From Lama guanicoe (taxonomy: Eukaryota), in assembly GCA_013239625.1 (NCBI GenBank), contig MU056000.1:13281175-13345174 (forward strand): DNA of 64,000 bases, in the 5' to 3' direction. Below are positions 40,699 to 55,222 of this stretch, in pieces. A model generated the notes under the pieces. It saw only the letters and a program-made list of their open reading frames with translations. It had not been told where the DNA came from and searched no databases. Within the stretch, counting starts at the first letter, position 1, and each line of letters begins with the position of its first letter. Position numbers and translations under genes: made by a program.

Positions 40699-41539
40699 CA
40701 GTGATAAAAATATTTTTGCATAACTAATCAGTTTTCTAATTACCCAGTTTGCAGGGAACACCTTTAAACATAAAATGTCTGCCAACTCATTAATTTTGGA
40801 AGTTAAAAGTCACTGCTGAATGGCACCATCACCTATGGTTTAGAAGCACACCACCTTCCTACCAGTAACATTAGAGCATTCACTTTATAAAAGTGCATGA
40901 TGACAAATACAGAACTAAGAACTTCTGCTCACTGTGATCCCCTGAAAGGTGTATTTTACGGTGGGTATATACTTATGTACACCTAGGCAATAATATACAT
41001 TCTCTGAATATAGTAACATATAAAACAAGTTTGTGTAAATACACATTTTTTGAGGCTTTATTTTTCGGCCTGACTTCTAACTAAATGCTACCCACTATGA
41101 AGGCTATTGAAGTGTGATGGAAAGCTAGCATCCTATTACATAAAGAGGACTGAAAATAGCCCTCTTTTAGAGCTTTCTTGATGCTATTAAGAGATGAGGA
41201 AATGTCTTCTGTAAGTTTGAACATTACCACACATTTACATGTAGCTACAAATCAAGTTACTATAACTTTGTTGAAAAAAAAAATAAACTATTTGAATTCA
41301 TTTGGGGATAATAGATTTCAGCGGAGGGGTAAGCTATTTCAGCAGAGAAGGAAAAAACAAGTCCTTAAGGCAAAGAATGAAGGAAAGAAAGGAGAGAAGC
41401 AAAATGCTAGGAAAAATTTAAACATTGATCCAAGCATGTGGTTTTACAAAATATTTATTGAATATTTACTATAATATCACCACCACAACAAAAAAAGGTT
41501 TTCAAAGATTGAGTTTTTTCTTTGTTGTTATTGCTCTTA

Positions 41540-42480
41540 TAAATGTGTAATTTTTTAATTTCAAGTTATCATGAAAACTGTAAACATATAGAAAATTTGA
41601 AAGAATTATACACTATATTCCAACATACTATTCACCCATCAATGTATTTCCTCATTTGCTCTCTCTCTGTCTCTGTCTCCAAACACACACGCATATATAG
41701 AGGTTTTATTCCCTAAGTAATCTGCTATTAAGTTACAATGGTCATGGCCTCTTACCTCCAAACACTTCAGCATGCAGTTCCTAAGAACAATAGTTTTATC
41801 CCTCCATAACCACAATACTAATACCATATCCCAAGTACTTATCATCAATACAGTAACATTACCCAATTTACAATCCATAATCAGATTTTCCTAATTGTCC
41901 CCAAATGTCCTTCATGGATTAAAAACAAAAACAAAACAACTAAGGACTAATCAAGAATTATAGATTGCACTGAGTTTTTATGTTTCTTTAATTTCTTTAA
42001 TCAAAATCCTCTTTTTTTCTTGTTTTGCTTTTCAGGTCATTAATGTATTGGAACAATCTGGGCTATTTATTTACTAGTATTCCTACTACTGGGATTTATC
42101 TAATTGCTCCCACTCAATTTGATTCAGCTTAAGATCTTCTTTTCAAAAATACATAGAGCTTGTGTAGTTTAATTTCCAATGCAAAATTAAATAGATAAAC
42201 ATGGTCATTTTTCCAAATCAAATCACTTGGTTTAGGTGGTTTTTGTGAACCTCTTTATCATAAAATCACCTCTTCTTTTCCATAAAGAAGAAGTGATAAT
42301 TGCTATGAATGCTCTAGAGGTCTAGATCCTCTCCAAACAACAAATGTTCACCAAGTATTTTAGCATGAATTAAGGATCCTTGACAGAATCAATTACTTCA
42401 TTGAGAATTCAGTATTATTTTCTCTTCTATGATTTCTTCTATATTTATTGAGAAGGGATCTTTCTTTACATCTGTCTTTC
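41540..42480 (-). mobile_element. Old L1MC-type 3' region
   Basis: acacttcagcatgcagttcctaagaacaa...cataaccacaatac. Confidence 0.65.
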
Positions 42481-42689
42481 CCTCTCCTCTCATACAGCAT
42501 TGCAGAAAATTCATTAATAATTCACCATACTAATGCATATTAAACATAATTATCATTCCTGTAAATGGCAAAAAGATCTTCAGCAAAGTTCAGTACCAAT
42601 TACCTAACAAGATGAGAATTAATGGCTATTCCTTTAGCATGAGAACAGATTATTAACCTAGAGAGAACTTAGACTATTGCATTTAGGAG

Positions 42690-42922
42690 GCCTGTCTTTA
42701 GAGTCAGAAGGCTCTGAATATACTCCAGTTCCAAAATTCACTTGCTCTATGACCTTGTGAAATAAAAAACCTCTATGCCTCAAATACTTCATCAGTGAGA
42801 CGAGTTAACAGATGCTTAGAATTTGGTCCAGTGCATGATACATAGATAATAATCAATAAGTATTAGCTAATATTATTATGATTATTATAAATACTATTAT
42901 TATAATTACTATTATTGTTATT
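42690..42922. mobile_element. MIR with (TAT)n tail
   Basis: tgaccttgtg...ctctatgcctcaaatacttcatc...tattattatgattattat. Confidence 0.65.
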
Positions 42923-43414
42923 CAGGGATCATTTCAAAAGAAGGCATGACTAACAGTGAATAATTTCATTAGTTATACTTTTACATAAAAAGCTTTTGAG
43001 CCAAAGATAAACGCCTTCCAGAATGTAACACTGAACAATGCATTGAGAGATTTCAAACTCTCTCCCAAACCCTTCATGAATAGCGAAGAGCCGGCTTTTC
43101 TTTGAAAGACAGGAACTGGGAAAGGCACAAGCCAAATCTGAACCCTGGACTCACACTGGAGCTGCCGCAGCTGGGGTCTGATCCTTCATTAGGAGGACTA
43201 GCAACTGCTAGGTGTTGCCTTGAGACCAGGACTTACACTTCCAGCTCCTGTGAAATGGTAAACAGGGAAACAAAGACTGCAGTATGATCAAGGAGGAGAA
43301 ATTTGTGCTATGGTGCCATGTAAAATATGCATGAAATTATGGAGGGTAACTGTTCCTGGATCTCTTGGAGTCTTCTGTCTTGAGGCAAAGGTTGAGGGTG
43401 CAAAAGAGGATTGC

Positions 43415-43790
43415 TGTGTGAATATTATTCAGCCTGAAAACAGAAGGAAATCCTTCTAAATGCAACAACATGTATAAACTCAGAAGACATTGTGCTAAGT
43501 GTGATAAGCCAGACACAGAAAGACAAATACTGCGTGATTCCACGTCTATGAAGTATCTAAAATAGTCAAAAAGAGAGTAGAATTGTGGTTGCCAGGGGCT
43601 GGAGGAGGCAATGGGAATGCAGAGTTGTTTTCAATAGGTGTAAAATTTCAGTTATGCAAGATACATACATTTTGGTGTTCTGCCATACAACTTGGCGCTA
43701 TATTTATTAATACTGTATTGTATACTTCAAAATTTAAGAGGGTAGATCTCATGTTAAGTGTTCTTATCATAATAAAAAAGTAATTAATTT
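43415..43790 (+). mobile_element. L1MA-type 3' end
   Basis: gacattgtgctaagtgtgataagccagacacagaaagacaaatactgc...aagagggtagatctcatgttaagtgttcttatcataataaaaa. Confidence 0.85.
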
Positions 43791-44179
43791 TAAAAATTAT
43801 AAATTGTCCTGTTACCTTATAAATGCTTGAGGACAGAATTTTGTCTTATTCAGTGTGAGATACCTGGCTCTTGGAACTTTATCTAGTGTCATGTAGTGGT
43901 CCCATAAATGTTTGTTGAACTAAACAGCAACAATAATGTTTAGGATTTTTAGTGGGAAAATATGTTTAAGTTACATAAGTTTAAATATGCTAAACATTTG
44001 TCCCCTTACAAATTAACACTGGAGACATAATTTAAAATAATTAGTCATAAAGAACTAGCCTGTGAATAGTACACCAATCTCCATATATACATTATCTAAA
44101 TTAAAATAATGCTATCTCTTAGCAGTTTTGGGGACTAAAATTAAAGTTAACATATTGCAGTTAGTCATTGTATTTCTTT

Positions 44180-45330
44180 TCCCAAGTCAACTTTATTTAT
44201 GTTTAGTGTACAAATAACAAAATTCATATCTTAAATATCTTGATGTGTTTTGACAAACACACATGCTCTTGTAAGCACTGGCTCTAAAATACAGAGGATT
44301 TAAATCACTCCAGACAGTTCCTTAGTTTCTCCACTATAGTTGAAATTTGTTGAATTTTATGCAGAGATCTTGTTAAACTTATTTAGTAAATTAAGCATTT
44401 GTAATTAAAAAAATGTTCTATTTATATGATTATATCATCTGACAATAAGTCTAATTTTTTCTTTGCAATCCTAAATCTATATTTTCTCTCTGTCATATTG
44501 GTGAGGAACTTGTAAAATGTTTGTAGAAGTTATGCTGGTTGTTATGCTAATCTTTATAATGACATCACAGGGAAAGCATTCAATATTTCATCACTAGCGG
44601 GATTCTAAGTATAGAATTTTGGTAGATAGGCTGTATCAGTTGAAAATAATATCTTTTACTCCCATTTTGATGGTATTGATTAACATTACTAATTCTTGAA
44701 TTTTATCAAATGTTCAAATATTTTATTGAAAATAAAAAAATCTCTTCAAATAATCATAATTGTATATTTGTTCTCATTTCCTTGTTAATGTGACTGGTTG
44801 TATTAATTGATTTTAAATAGAAAAAAATTGCATTCTGGAAAAAAATCACATTTATTATTTGTTTTTTATATTACCAGATCTTATTTGTTATTTTGTTTAG
44901 AATGTTTGTGTCTATTTTTATGTTATCAGTCTGTGAATGTCTTTTTTGTAAAATCCTTTGTAAATTTTGGTGTCAAGCTTATTCGGACCCCATAAAATGA
45001 ATCGGGAAGTATAACATTTTCCCTCTATTTTCTAGAAGAGTTAGTATAAAATCACATTATTTCCCCCTAAAAGTTTTGAAAAATTGCCAATTAATCAGTT
45101 GGATCCTGAAGTTTTTTTTGTGGGAAGGTTTAAATTAAGGGTTCCTTTATATTAGCAGATATAGAACTATTCAGATTATTTCTTGTCAGTACTAATAAAA
45201 TATGTTTCAAGAAGCACTTCCATTTCATATAGATTTTCCCCCAAAATGTTAAAATGTACATGAAATTATATTATTATCCTATTAATATTATTATCTGCTT
45301 GATTGATAATAAAGTCCCCTTTTACATTCC
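44180..45330 (-). mobile_element. Old L1ME fragments
   Basis: Highly degenerate antisense ORF2 remnants. Confidence 0.6.
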
Positions 45331-45479
45331 TTATTTTATGTCTTCTCTCCTCTCTTCTCATCTCCTCTAACTGGTCAGCAAAAATCTAAGGGAATGATGG
45401 GGCAGAGATATTAAATAAGTCCAGAAAAAACAACTTTGGAACATTGGCTTTGTTCTGTAGGAGGGTCTAGAGGTCATTC

Positions 45480-45800
45480 TGTTTGCCAAAATGATCTATG
45501 ATGTGCTGATGAGAGGGGCAGTATCATCTTTCATTCCAGGGGTACAGTATAAATTCCTCTCAGCAGCAGTATTAGAGATCTAAATGATGCAGTGGGTGGT
45601 GAGCCCATTCATAGCTCCACTCAATCTACTAGAATGATTCCTCAAAATCAGATCATGGTAGATGAGAGCAGACAATTTCAAAGTCACTAAAAAGTGGCTC
45701 TGTTTGCAGATTCTGGGTAGATATTGTGTCTTTGGTGGATCAAGTTAATACTTCTTTCCATAAACTCAGAAAGCTCTGACTGTGCAGAAACATGAAAATA
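45480..45800 (+). mobile_element. ERVL internal (pol/RT) remnant
   Basis: Degenerate translation resembles the ERVL KQYRIPGG...IKDLKDAGVV.P..SPFNSP.W......SWRMTVDY region (gcagtatcat...gatctaaatgatgcagtgggtggtgagccc...gatcatggtagatgagagcagac). Confidence 0.55.
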
Positions 45801-48800
45801 TTTGTGGAGCATTTCCTCCTGACAGCAGTAAAGAAAGACAGACTGGGGATTCAGAATCTAAATAGTTGACAGTTATTATACAGTCACCAATTACATTATT
45901 AATTGACATGTGCACATATTTTCTACCTTCTTAAATATATGCAAAATTCTACTACTAAAGCATGGCATTATTCTAAAAATAAATAAAATATTAAGTCTGA
46001 TGACTAATAGTTGATAAGCTATAAATAAATTGTTTTAACATTCTTCATTTCCCTCTGATTTTTTTGTTTAGTAAGTGTATATATATTTGCAAGTATATAA
46101 TAAATGCATATATATTTAAAATATACATATACATTACAATGACTAAAATGTCATATCATTGGAATGAAATGTTTAAAACGTCACTTGAGTTCATCTAAGA
46201 ATGATATAATTGTTTTAGCCAATACCATCTAATCCTAAAAAAGAAAAATAATTTCTAGGGTATATAAATTTTAAATCATACTAAATATTATATGTTCTAT
46301 ATAAGCTGCTCCTCTCAATCTGTTTGTAAATTATGCCACAGATTATCATAACTACCTAGCAAGATACAAAGATTATAATAAATTTAGTGTGTACTGTGTT
46401 ACATAGAAAATACAGCATAGTTATTAAATAGATGGATCATAAACTGATACAGACGTGAAAATGTTTGTTGCTGAAAATACATCATTCATGTCCACACATA
46501 ATGCGTCTAAGAGATGTCATGCAAAACTGAAAAATGACCTTGTTATGAGGTGTTACATACTCTGGTGGCCTTTATGAGAATTGGATTCTATCTGTAATTT
46601 ACTAAAGGGTTACTTCTTACCTGAGTGAGCAATTTCCGCCCTTCAAATTATGAGCCTCATTCTAAACCTATGCCTTTTCAATTGATGGTAGCGCCATTCT
46701 TGTTGAAGTCCAAAAATAACACTCAGCTGAAGGCACAGGGCCTGTAGAAACTAGATGGGGTGTAACTGGCAGTGGTTCAGAAGAATCAACTGCTCTGATT
46801 CTACATCTTGGTAAATGGACCAAAGCTGATGGTCTAAATTGAAAGTAATAGTTGGAATGTTCTACAATGGCTGGGCTCCAGATCACGTAAGACAACTTTA
46901 CAGAGCAGTTTAAGCACTGGACAATTACATCTCACATCAGTTAATATCTTTTTGAACTATCTCTGTACTTTATATGACACATTCCCACAACATAAATGCA
47001 TTGAGTCACACTTTGTATAGCTAATTGAGCCATCACTATTGGTACTTTGTCAAAAACGCCATAATGATTGGCGAAATGCTTCTGGCAAAAACAGTTATGA
47101 CACTAATTATAGCCTGGTATAATAATAACCTCTTCCCTTTCACATCTTCCTGTTTAGACTCCAAATTGTCGTTGTCATGTTTGTCATTCTAATGTTAGCT
47201 GACTTACACCAACAAATGTGGAAGCAACAAGGACACTGTCTTGAATAGTTTTTTTTATACATAATTACTTATATATTTAATATAACCGTGAATTTTTATT
47301 TGAGTGATTTAAAAATAGAAGTTAAATGAACCGTGATTTATCTCTGAATAGACTATATCTGTGAGTAAAGAGTTCTTACCAGGCTAATCCTGACTGCCCT
47401 TTCAGGCTCAGTGAGTCTGGCTTCTTCTCTTCCCTCATCTTCATTGCTTCAGGAAAACTTCTACATTTCTGTCTACGCAGGTGATGTGTGTTTCTTTTAC
47501 TCTCTTCTAATATTTTATGCTTTCTACTTTTTTTACTGCATATCACAGTGTGTTGCAATTTTTCATATGTCTCCTCCATTAGGCAGTAAGATTTGAATGA
47601 GTCAATCAAGCCATTAATCTCTCAGAACCCACTGTAACTCTAGCCTTCAACAACTTATCTTTTGAATTTAAGATGATGGTACACTAATGTTTGTTATTTC
47701 CTGGTCAAAGAGTTATAAATCATGGATACACATTTAAAAATAATATATGGCATAATATCTATTTTGCTTTGCATTAATACACATTAAACATAAAAAATAA
47801 ATTTGATTTGAATCAAAGTCATATTTATGGCACATCATTTCTGTATTATGAGAAATAGAGGTTTAAATAATATATACTTGGTGTTTATGAGGACTAAGAA
47901 TTCCCAAGAAGTAGCATAGGTGACTTGATGGAAGCAGGTTATGAAAGTGAATATGGCTCAGCTAAGATGAAGTAAAGTGATTCAGCTGTTTGTCACAGGG
48001 CAATCACGAGACAAGCCAGTGGAGTACTTTCCCCAAGCTAGTACTTAATAAAGGATGTACAAATGAATTGATCAAATTTGTGTTCTACATGCATCTGTGC
48101 AGACAGATGCTATAAAACATCAGCATTGATGAGAAGCCCCAGAAGCGATATTCTCAGTAATAAGTAAATAATAAATTTTACCTTCAGCATCACAAAGTAG
48201 AAAAAAGTTCTCTACCCTGATTGAACAGGCATTGTGAAACTCTAAATATAAATTATTTATAAACATAAAGCTTCTCGACAAAGAACTGTCCAATAAGTAA
48301 GCACAAATGTTTATTCCGGTATGGTTACAGTTTATCAAAAATACCTACTGACCGCACCAAAACACTGCCTTGTTTACTGTCATGGAAATAGAGCTGTTTG
48401 CTGCATGATCCAAAGCTGGTCCTACTGAGGCAGTAGAGGAGTCTTAGTTATCAGTGAAAATAGCTAGATAAATATCAAAGAGTACAGGAAAGAAAAGTCA
48501 TCTTGGAATTAAGTGACTACCTCTCTTAATGGTATAGATTGAAGTGCTGATTTTCAGGAAGAAGAAAAGATGTTCCCAAGGAAACAAAGCAAGTTAGTCA
48601 AAGAGAGAGGATTAAATGAAATGTCCATCAAGCCCCACCCTGTGCCCCAAAATGCTTACACTGGGCCACGATCCAGAAATATTATAATAATAAATAAAAG
48701 CCCTTATCTCAAAAAGCTTAAAAGCAAATAAGATATATCAAGTTGACTTGTGAATAATTACTACAGCATTTTGATGTCCTGGCCAAGAAGCTGTTAAAAT

Positions 48801-50315
48801 ATAGTGCAGGCAAAAGACTTATCTAGAATAATTGAATGTAAAGATCTTTATCTCAGCATTAGTAATTTCCATAGCTATTTTTAAAATTCCATTTATTAGG
48901 ATGGTATTATCCTTCACTTATGTAACATATTTATTTACTGCATATCGTATACCAGGCACTATTCTGTTTTGTTTTTATATATATATATATTTTTTAATTC
49001 AGATTTTATTGTTTTAGAGCAGTTTTAGGTTCATAACTCTTCTAAGATTTGAAGTCTAAATTAAAAAAAAAACAAACAAAAACTGACAAGTATCTCTTTG
49101 GTGATAAAAACAGTGAACATGATAAATTACTAATTTATGCCTATAGGTGATAAATGCAATGGAAAACCCACAGCTAGGTAATGGGGCTTAAGGACTACAA
49201 GAGAGGGTGGAAGTTTCCAGTGTAAAGATGACGAAGGCAGATCTTACCTAAAAAGTGATTTTGTAACACACTTGCAGCTGAGGAAGTCAGCAAACTGATG
49301 ATGGAGAACAGATTTTTCCAAACCAGAGAATTTTAGTATACAAGTGTTTCAAGTTAGTAAGAGTCACAGAGCCACCTCAAAGTCACATTGTTAGAATGCT
49401 TTGCTTCAGCTGAATCCCTGCTGTCACCACAGACTTACTTGCCTGGACAAGCCAGAATAAATACCCAAGACATCTGTTTAACCTGTCTTAGTTTGATATC
49501 CTCAGATACCTGGCATATTTTACCAAAGGGGTACAAGAACCATCTAGTTTGGGGGGAAATCTCTATGTTCTGTTTGGGTGTTACAGAGGTCAATATAACG
49601 GGAAATAACCAAAAGTGATTACTGGATCTAAGGTTCTCAAACCTTGAATTTACAAAGAACTTTAAGTATATTTCTTGGGAACACTAAGTCTCAGCTCCCT
49701 ATTCCCAGACTGGAGTTGTTCTTGTAAGTGTTCAGTCCTAACGTATGAAAGATTGTCATAAACATCTTGATGAGTTGCCTGCTCTGATGCTTCTGACAAC
49801 CTCCAGAAGGCTATAATGAAGCTATGCTGACACATGCTATTTCAATGTTTTATATTTTGCCTTAAAGAATATGATGGAGACACATTCATCAGTAGCATAT
49901 AAGATGTCAAGTCTTTTCATCTGAGACTGACAGCCTGCGCGATGAAGAGTCGTGTGTTTCAGGATTTAATCCTAGTGGATTAAGCCTTGTATCAATATTT
50001 CTACCATAAAAGAGTCCTAATTTGGTAAACTCAGATGTTTCTTCTGCCTTCTCTTGGTAAATGAAAACTTGCAATGAACTTAATGGTCCACACATTTTCA
50101 AAGACAAGGACTGAATTAATATTAGCATTTTAATTATCTAGGATAACAGCTTGTGATTTTTAAAAAAAATGTTTCTGTAACATATGTGTTGCCTGTATCA
50201 AAGTATATAAATTATCATGTTGACACATAATTTGAACTTTTTAGACTCATAGAAATTCCTAGACTATCAGAATAAACTGCCAAGGTATTTCTGGTATATC
50301 AAATTACCAGAAATT

Positions 50316-50342
50316 ACACACACACACACAAACACACACACA
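50316..50342. repeat. (CA)n microsatellite
   Basis: acacacacacacacaaacacacaca. Confidence 0.9.
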
Positions 50343-52372
50343 AAATAAAAACAAAAGAAACTGGCCAACAGGTTTTGAGATATTCCTTCTGAGACTCATT
50401 TCCTTTTAGAACGACATATTCCAAGGTTTACAAAAGATGTTTGAAGCAAACTAGCCACAATGGATTTTCATAGATGTTTCCTAGGGAAAAAAAAAGGTGA
50501 TAAGTGGTCGGGTAAGTTTAAGATATCATGAGTTAAACTAAATCAACATTTTCCTCCTTCGTCTAGTTTTCATTACCTTTGATGTAAGAGTAGTTCTTTG
50601 TATAACCCAAGAGAGACTCAAGTTTGCAGAACTGTTATAGTTCTGATTCTTGGAACATTATAGTGACTCAGGACCTTCTCTGGGAAGTAATGGTGTGGGG
50701 GAGTGAATACTAGATTAAAATTGATGAAGCCCTTATGACTTAGAAAGTGCGTGGCAGGGAAAATTACTTGCATTTTCCGATATTTGGTTTTGTTATCTGT
50801 AAGAATGCTGAAACCAGAGAAAATGACTTCATGCTCTGTAAACTTAGACTTTGTACAATCATAGTAATAACAATAAGAAGAATGTGTTTACACGTAATCT
50901 ATCATTTGGAAGTCAAAATGAAATACTAATTCCATGGCAGTCAGTAGGTTGATCGTTATGTCAGCAAGTAAATCTGTGCTGTTCCAAATATTCCTTTTCA
51001 TTCAATAGTTCATTTTTAAACATTTTCCCCTTGATGTGAGCTGTCGTTTCCAAAGTGACTAGATCATTCAAAGCAAAGAGAACAATCAAAGTAGCTTTGC
51101 TTCAGGCTATTTGCTGTTGGTGTCACTTGAATTTAAACCACAAAGACATTTCAAACAGAAAACATTTTCATCCCTTAATATATAACCTAGGAGATAGGAA
51201 ATCATGGAATCTCAGAGGAAACAGCTTTCACTTATGTCAACTTGGCAAGTTGCATCTGCTTTTCAAGTGAACAAAGAAGAGCATTTGGTTATGACAGTCT
51301 AAAAACCTTGTTTCCTTAACCTTTTTTCCTTCAACATCGCATAAATGAAACATCCTTCCTCTTCAAAAGGCTAGTAGAGGCTATTAGCTCTCCCACAATT
51401 GTGTTGGCAAGGGGAAAATAAAATTCTCTCTTACTTCTGTATCTGAAATGCATGCTTAGTTTCCGAGTTATATGAGGTAAAAATCAACCTCCAAATGCTT
51501 TCTGTTTTCATTGATTCACAACTACCTTCTGTTCTGAACATTAAAAATAATTAGCAAGATCAGCAAGTTTGCAGCAAAGAAAGTTAACTAAAAACTACTG
51601 CTACTACTTCAAGCAAGAAGTCACATATTTACCAAGTCATGCTTATTGTCATTGGTATGCAAGTTCCTATAAAAAAGCATGTATGAAAGTAACATTCTTT
51701 TTTTGAAACATCTATTTTGAAGTCTCTTCAAATAAATTTTCTGGTGATTGTTCCATTCCTAGGTAACCTACAGCTTATATTTAATTATTCTATCGCTTTC
51801 ATTTAGAAAACATTGAATATCGATCAGATGCCTTTGGAACACAAAGAGTAAAAGAATAGAAGAATAAAGAAATAAGGTGAGACTTGGCACTTACCTTCAA
51901 GGAATTAACATTCAGGTAGGCATGAACAAGTGAAAACACAAGTGAAATAAAGTCAGTTGAGGGATTCACTTCTGGAGAAGTTGACTAAGGTTTTATATAG
52001 GAAATATTATTTTTGGTAGAACATAGAAAATCAATTTTATCTTCTTTTTTTTTTTTTAGCTTGGAAGACAAAAGTGAGTTGGATGTTCTGTGTAGGGGGA
52101 AGAGAACCTACAAACTGTATGGACACAGATACAAATCAGTGTATCTAATGTGGAAGTAAGAGCAAATTTAGAGCTGAATTAGGAAATGAAGTTCCTGAAA
52201 TGTAGAACTATTTGTGGTGTACGATCACTTTGCTGACAGTGATTACCAATGCTTGGGATCATGGAGTTGTGTACTTATACCAGTCTGGGAAAATGTGAGA
52301 TATCATGGTGGAGGACCAGGTGTCCAAAACCTCTTCAGATGAGATCAATGGGTCATATTAGATTCATGGTTA

Positions 52373-53026
52373 TGAAACAAGAAGAAAGTGTGGGGTGAGA
52401 GGATGGCCATGTCCCAGGTCTTGGTTGAGTCCCTGAGATGTGCCCTGCCAAGTGTGGGTCTTTGGCTTTACACAGGAAAGAATTCAAGAGCAAGCCACAA
52501 TTGAGTAAAAGTAGATTTATTCAGATACATACTCCATAGACAGAGTGCAGCCTGTTTCAGAAGGCAACAAAAAGACCACGAGGTGTCAGGGATGGGTGCT
52601 CAGTTTAAAGTAAAAGTAGATACACACTCCACAGACAGAGTGTGGTCCATCTCACTCAGGAGGGAGAGTGGCCATGAGGTGCGATGCTGTGAGTTTTTAT
52701 GGGCTCATTAGTTTCATACGCTAACAAGTGTGAGATTATTTCAACTACTTTGAGGAAGTGGTGGTGATTTCCAGGAACGGGGCCACCACCCACTTCTTGA
52801 CCTATTATGTTCAGCCTCGGAACTGTCATGGTGCCTATGGGAGTGTCATTTACTATATTAATCTATTAAAATGAGTGTATAATGAAGCTCAAAGTCTACT
52901 GGAAGTCATATCTCCCACCATATTGGGTTTCAAGGCCTACTAGGAGTTGAATCTTTCTCGATCTTGGTGTTAATTACTGTGTCATTCCTTAAATGGCTGT
53001 GCCCTGCCCCCTTCCTTCCTGTCTCA
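52373..53026 (-). mobile_element. ERV1 solo LTR (MER41-like family), copy 2
   Basis: Reverse complement starts TGAGACAGGAAGGAAGGGGGCAGGGCAC and is homologous to 39335-39968. Near-TSD GTTA/GTTG. Internal ~110-bp-spaced direct repeat (aaaagtagat...ctcca.agacagagtg). Confidence 0.85.
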
Positions 53027-54679
53027 GTTGGGTCCCAGGCAGTAGAAATAAAATCCATCTTTAGCAGAAAGAGTAGAGTTTCCATCTGTTGCTTAGTAGA
53101 AAATGATAAGAAGGCAGAGAAGGCTTTTTTAGGTCATATTTAGGAGCAGAGATAGTGGTAGAAAAGTCTTAGAGTACTGATAAATGAGTGGAGGTTATTA
53201 ATGTACTGGAAGCTTCACTTCAAGGAGTCAGACAGCTCTTTGGCTAGAAGAGGATGAGATAATCAGTGAAGAGTATCCACAATCGCACAGGTTAAAGAAC
53301 ATGACCAGGTAAATAAGTATGTGATGTGGGGACCAGAGGAAGCAAAACTGATAAGGTGGTGCTACATGGAATTGCTTTAAAATATAGATAATTACTTTAC
53401 ATAAGAATACCCACTTATTAAAAGTTTACTACATGTGCTAAGGAGAACTGGGGTTTGAAATCACACCAAACATCAAAATACAAATTCCTTAAACACTACT
53501 CCCCTGCTTTGTGCTACATTTATCCAAATGTCACTATTTGTTTATCTGTCAAAGACACATAAGTTTGTTGCTTTTGAGATCTCTCACTTTATAAATATTG
53601 ATATATAAATAACTTGTCTTAATTTTCAAAATCAGTTCAAATATTATCAAATAAGCTGTCATATTTAAATGTCATCAACTGATGGTTTAAGTAATAAAAA
53701 ATGTAATGTAGGTAATTATTACTTTTGTTAGAGATAATACCATCCTATATAAAATTGTTGTTATTTTCAGGCTAAGAACAAAGCCTATTAATAAAACTAG
53801 GCTTTTGTACACAACAAGTAAGACCAAACACAGGTTTATTCTGTCAAATGTATGTTAATTCAGCTAACTATGCATACATGAATTTCTTATCTATGTTTAT
53901 ATCAGAATTTAGGCCATATAGCTTTATAAAACTTTCTCTGGGTTAACCAGTAAGAGAACAAAGCAACAGATACACAATATTTACTTTCTAGTGACCATGG
54001 TCACACAAACACTGTGTAGTCTTTGTCTTTCTATAAAATGAGAGTTATCAGAAAGATGTTATATTTAGAAATCTAGCACTCTATTAAAACATATAAGCAG
54101 CGAAACTGAAATAACTCAATTGATAAGCACATTTGTAAGAGGAGTTGAAACATTCACTTAATCTGCGTATGATCTCATTGGTCTTATCCTATTTAACTCA
54201 GCACTATACGAACTACGTAATTTTTCCATTAAATTTCTTCTCACAGATTTGCAAACTGCCAGTGAAAATATATTGCCTCCATTTAATTCAAACTGAAACA
54301 GAATTCAAAGCCTCCTTCTCTTCCAAATGTGTATGGAATTACAACACACACATTTAATTTCTTTAAAACAGTTAAATGACTTTCAGTCGTAATTCAGAAT
54401 TTTCCCTTGCACATATTGTGAATCATCAAAGGAACTTGTAGATAGAAAATCAAAACATAAACTTTATATTTAAAATAAAACTTGGAGACTGATAACATAT
54501 TTGGACTTCAAAATATATGTAAAGACTACCAAAAGCAAGAGCAGAGCCCATGTAGAAGCTTGGTGAAGGGAAATAGAGAGGACAGGCCACACCTAGTGAG
54601 ATGTGCAAGAGATCTGTAGAGTTTGTTACAAACAAACAAATAAACAAGCGAGGAAACAAAACTTCCAGAATTTACAATA

Positions 54680-55222
54680 TCCAAAACATGGAAACAACCT
54701 AAGTGTCCATAGACAAAGGACTGAATAAAGAAGCTGTGGTATAGTTATACAATGGAATACTACTCAGCTATAAAAAGTAATCAAATAATGCCATTTGTTG
54801 CAACATGGCTGGATCTTGAGATTTTCATCCTAAGTGAAGTAAGTCAGAAGGAGAAGGAAAAATAGCATATGATATCAGTTATATGTGGAATCTAAAAAAA
54901 AAAAAAAAAGACACAAACTTATTTACAAAACAGAAACAGACTCACAGACATAGAGAAAAAACCTAATTACCAAGTGAGAAGTGGGTGGGAGAAGATAAAT
55001 CAGGAGTTCGAGATTTGCAGATACAAACTGCTGTATATAAAATAGAGAAATAACAAGTTTATACTGTATAGCACAGGGAACTATATTCAATATCTTGTAG
55101 TAACCTATGGCAGAAAAGAATATAAAAACAAATATATGTATGTTCTTTATGACTGAGTATTATGCTGTACAATAGAAATTAACACATTGTAACTGGTCAT
55201 ACTCCAATTTAAAAAAATTACA
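54680..55222 (+). mobile_element. Younger 5'-truncated L1 3' end with TSD
   Basis: ggaaacaacctaagtgtcca...atgtggaatctaaaaaaa...; TSD AATTTACA(A/G)TA at 54669 and 55223. Confidence 0.85.

Noticed and set aside
46621..46741. Minus-strand exon (tttctacag...CAG|GTAAGA)
   Set aside because: All three frames contain stops and there is no consistent minus-strand exon series. The + strand reading fits the RGS-like model better.
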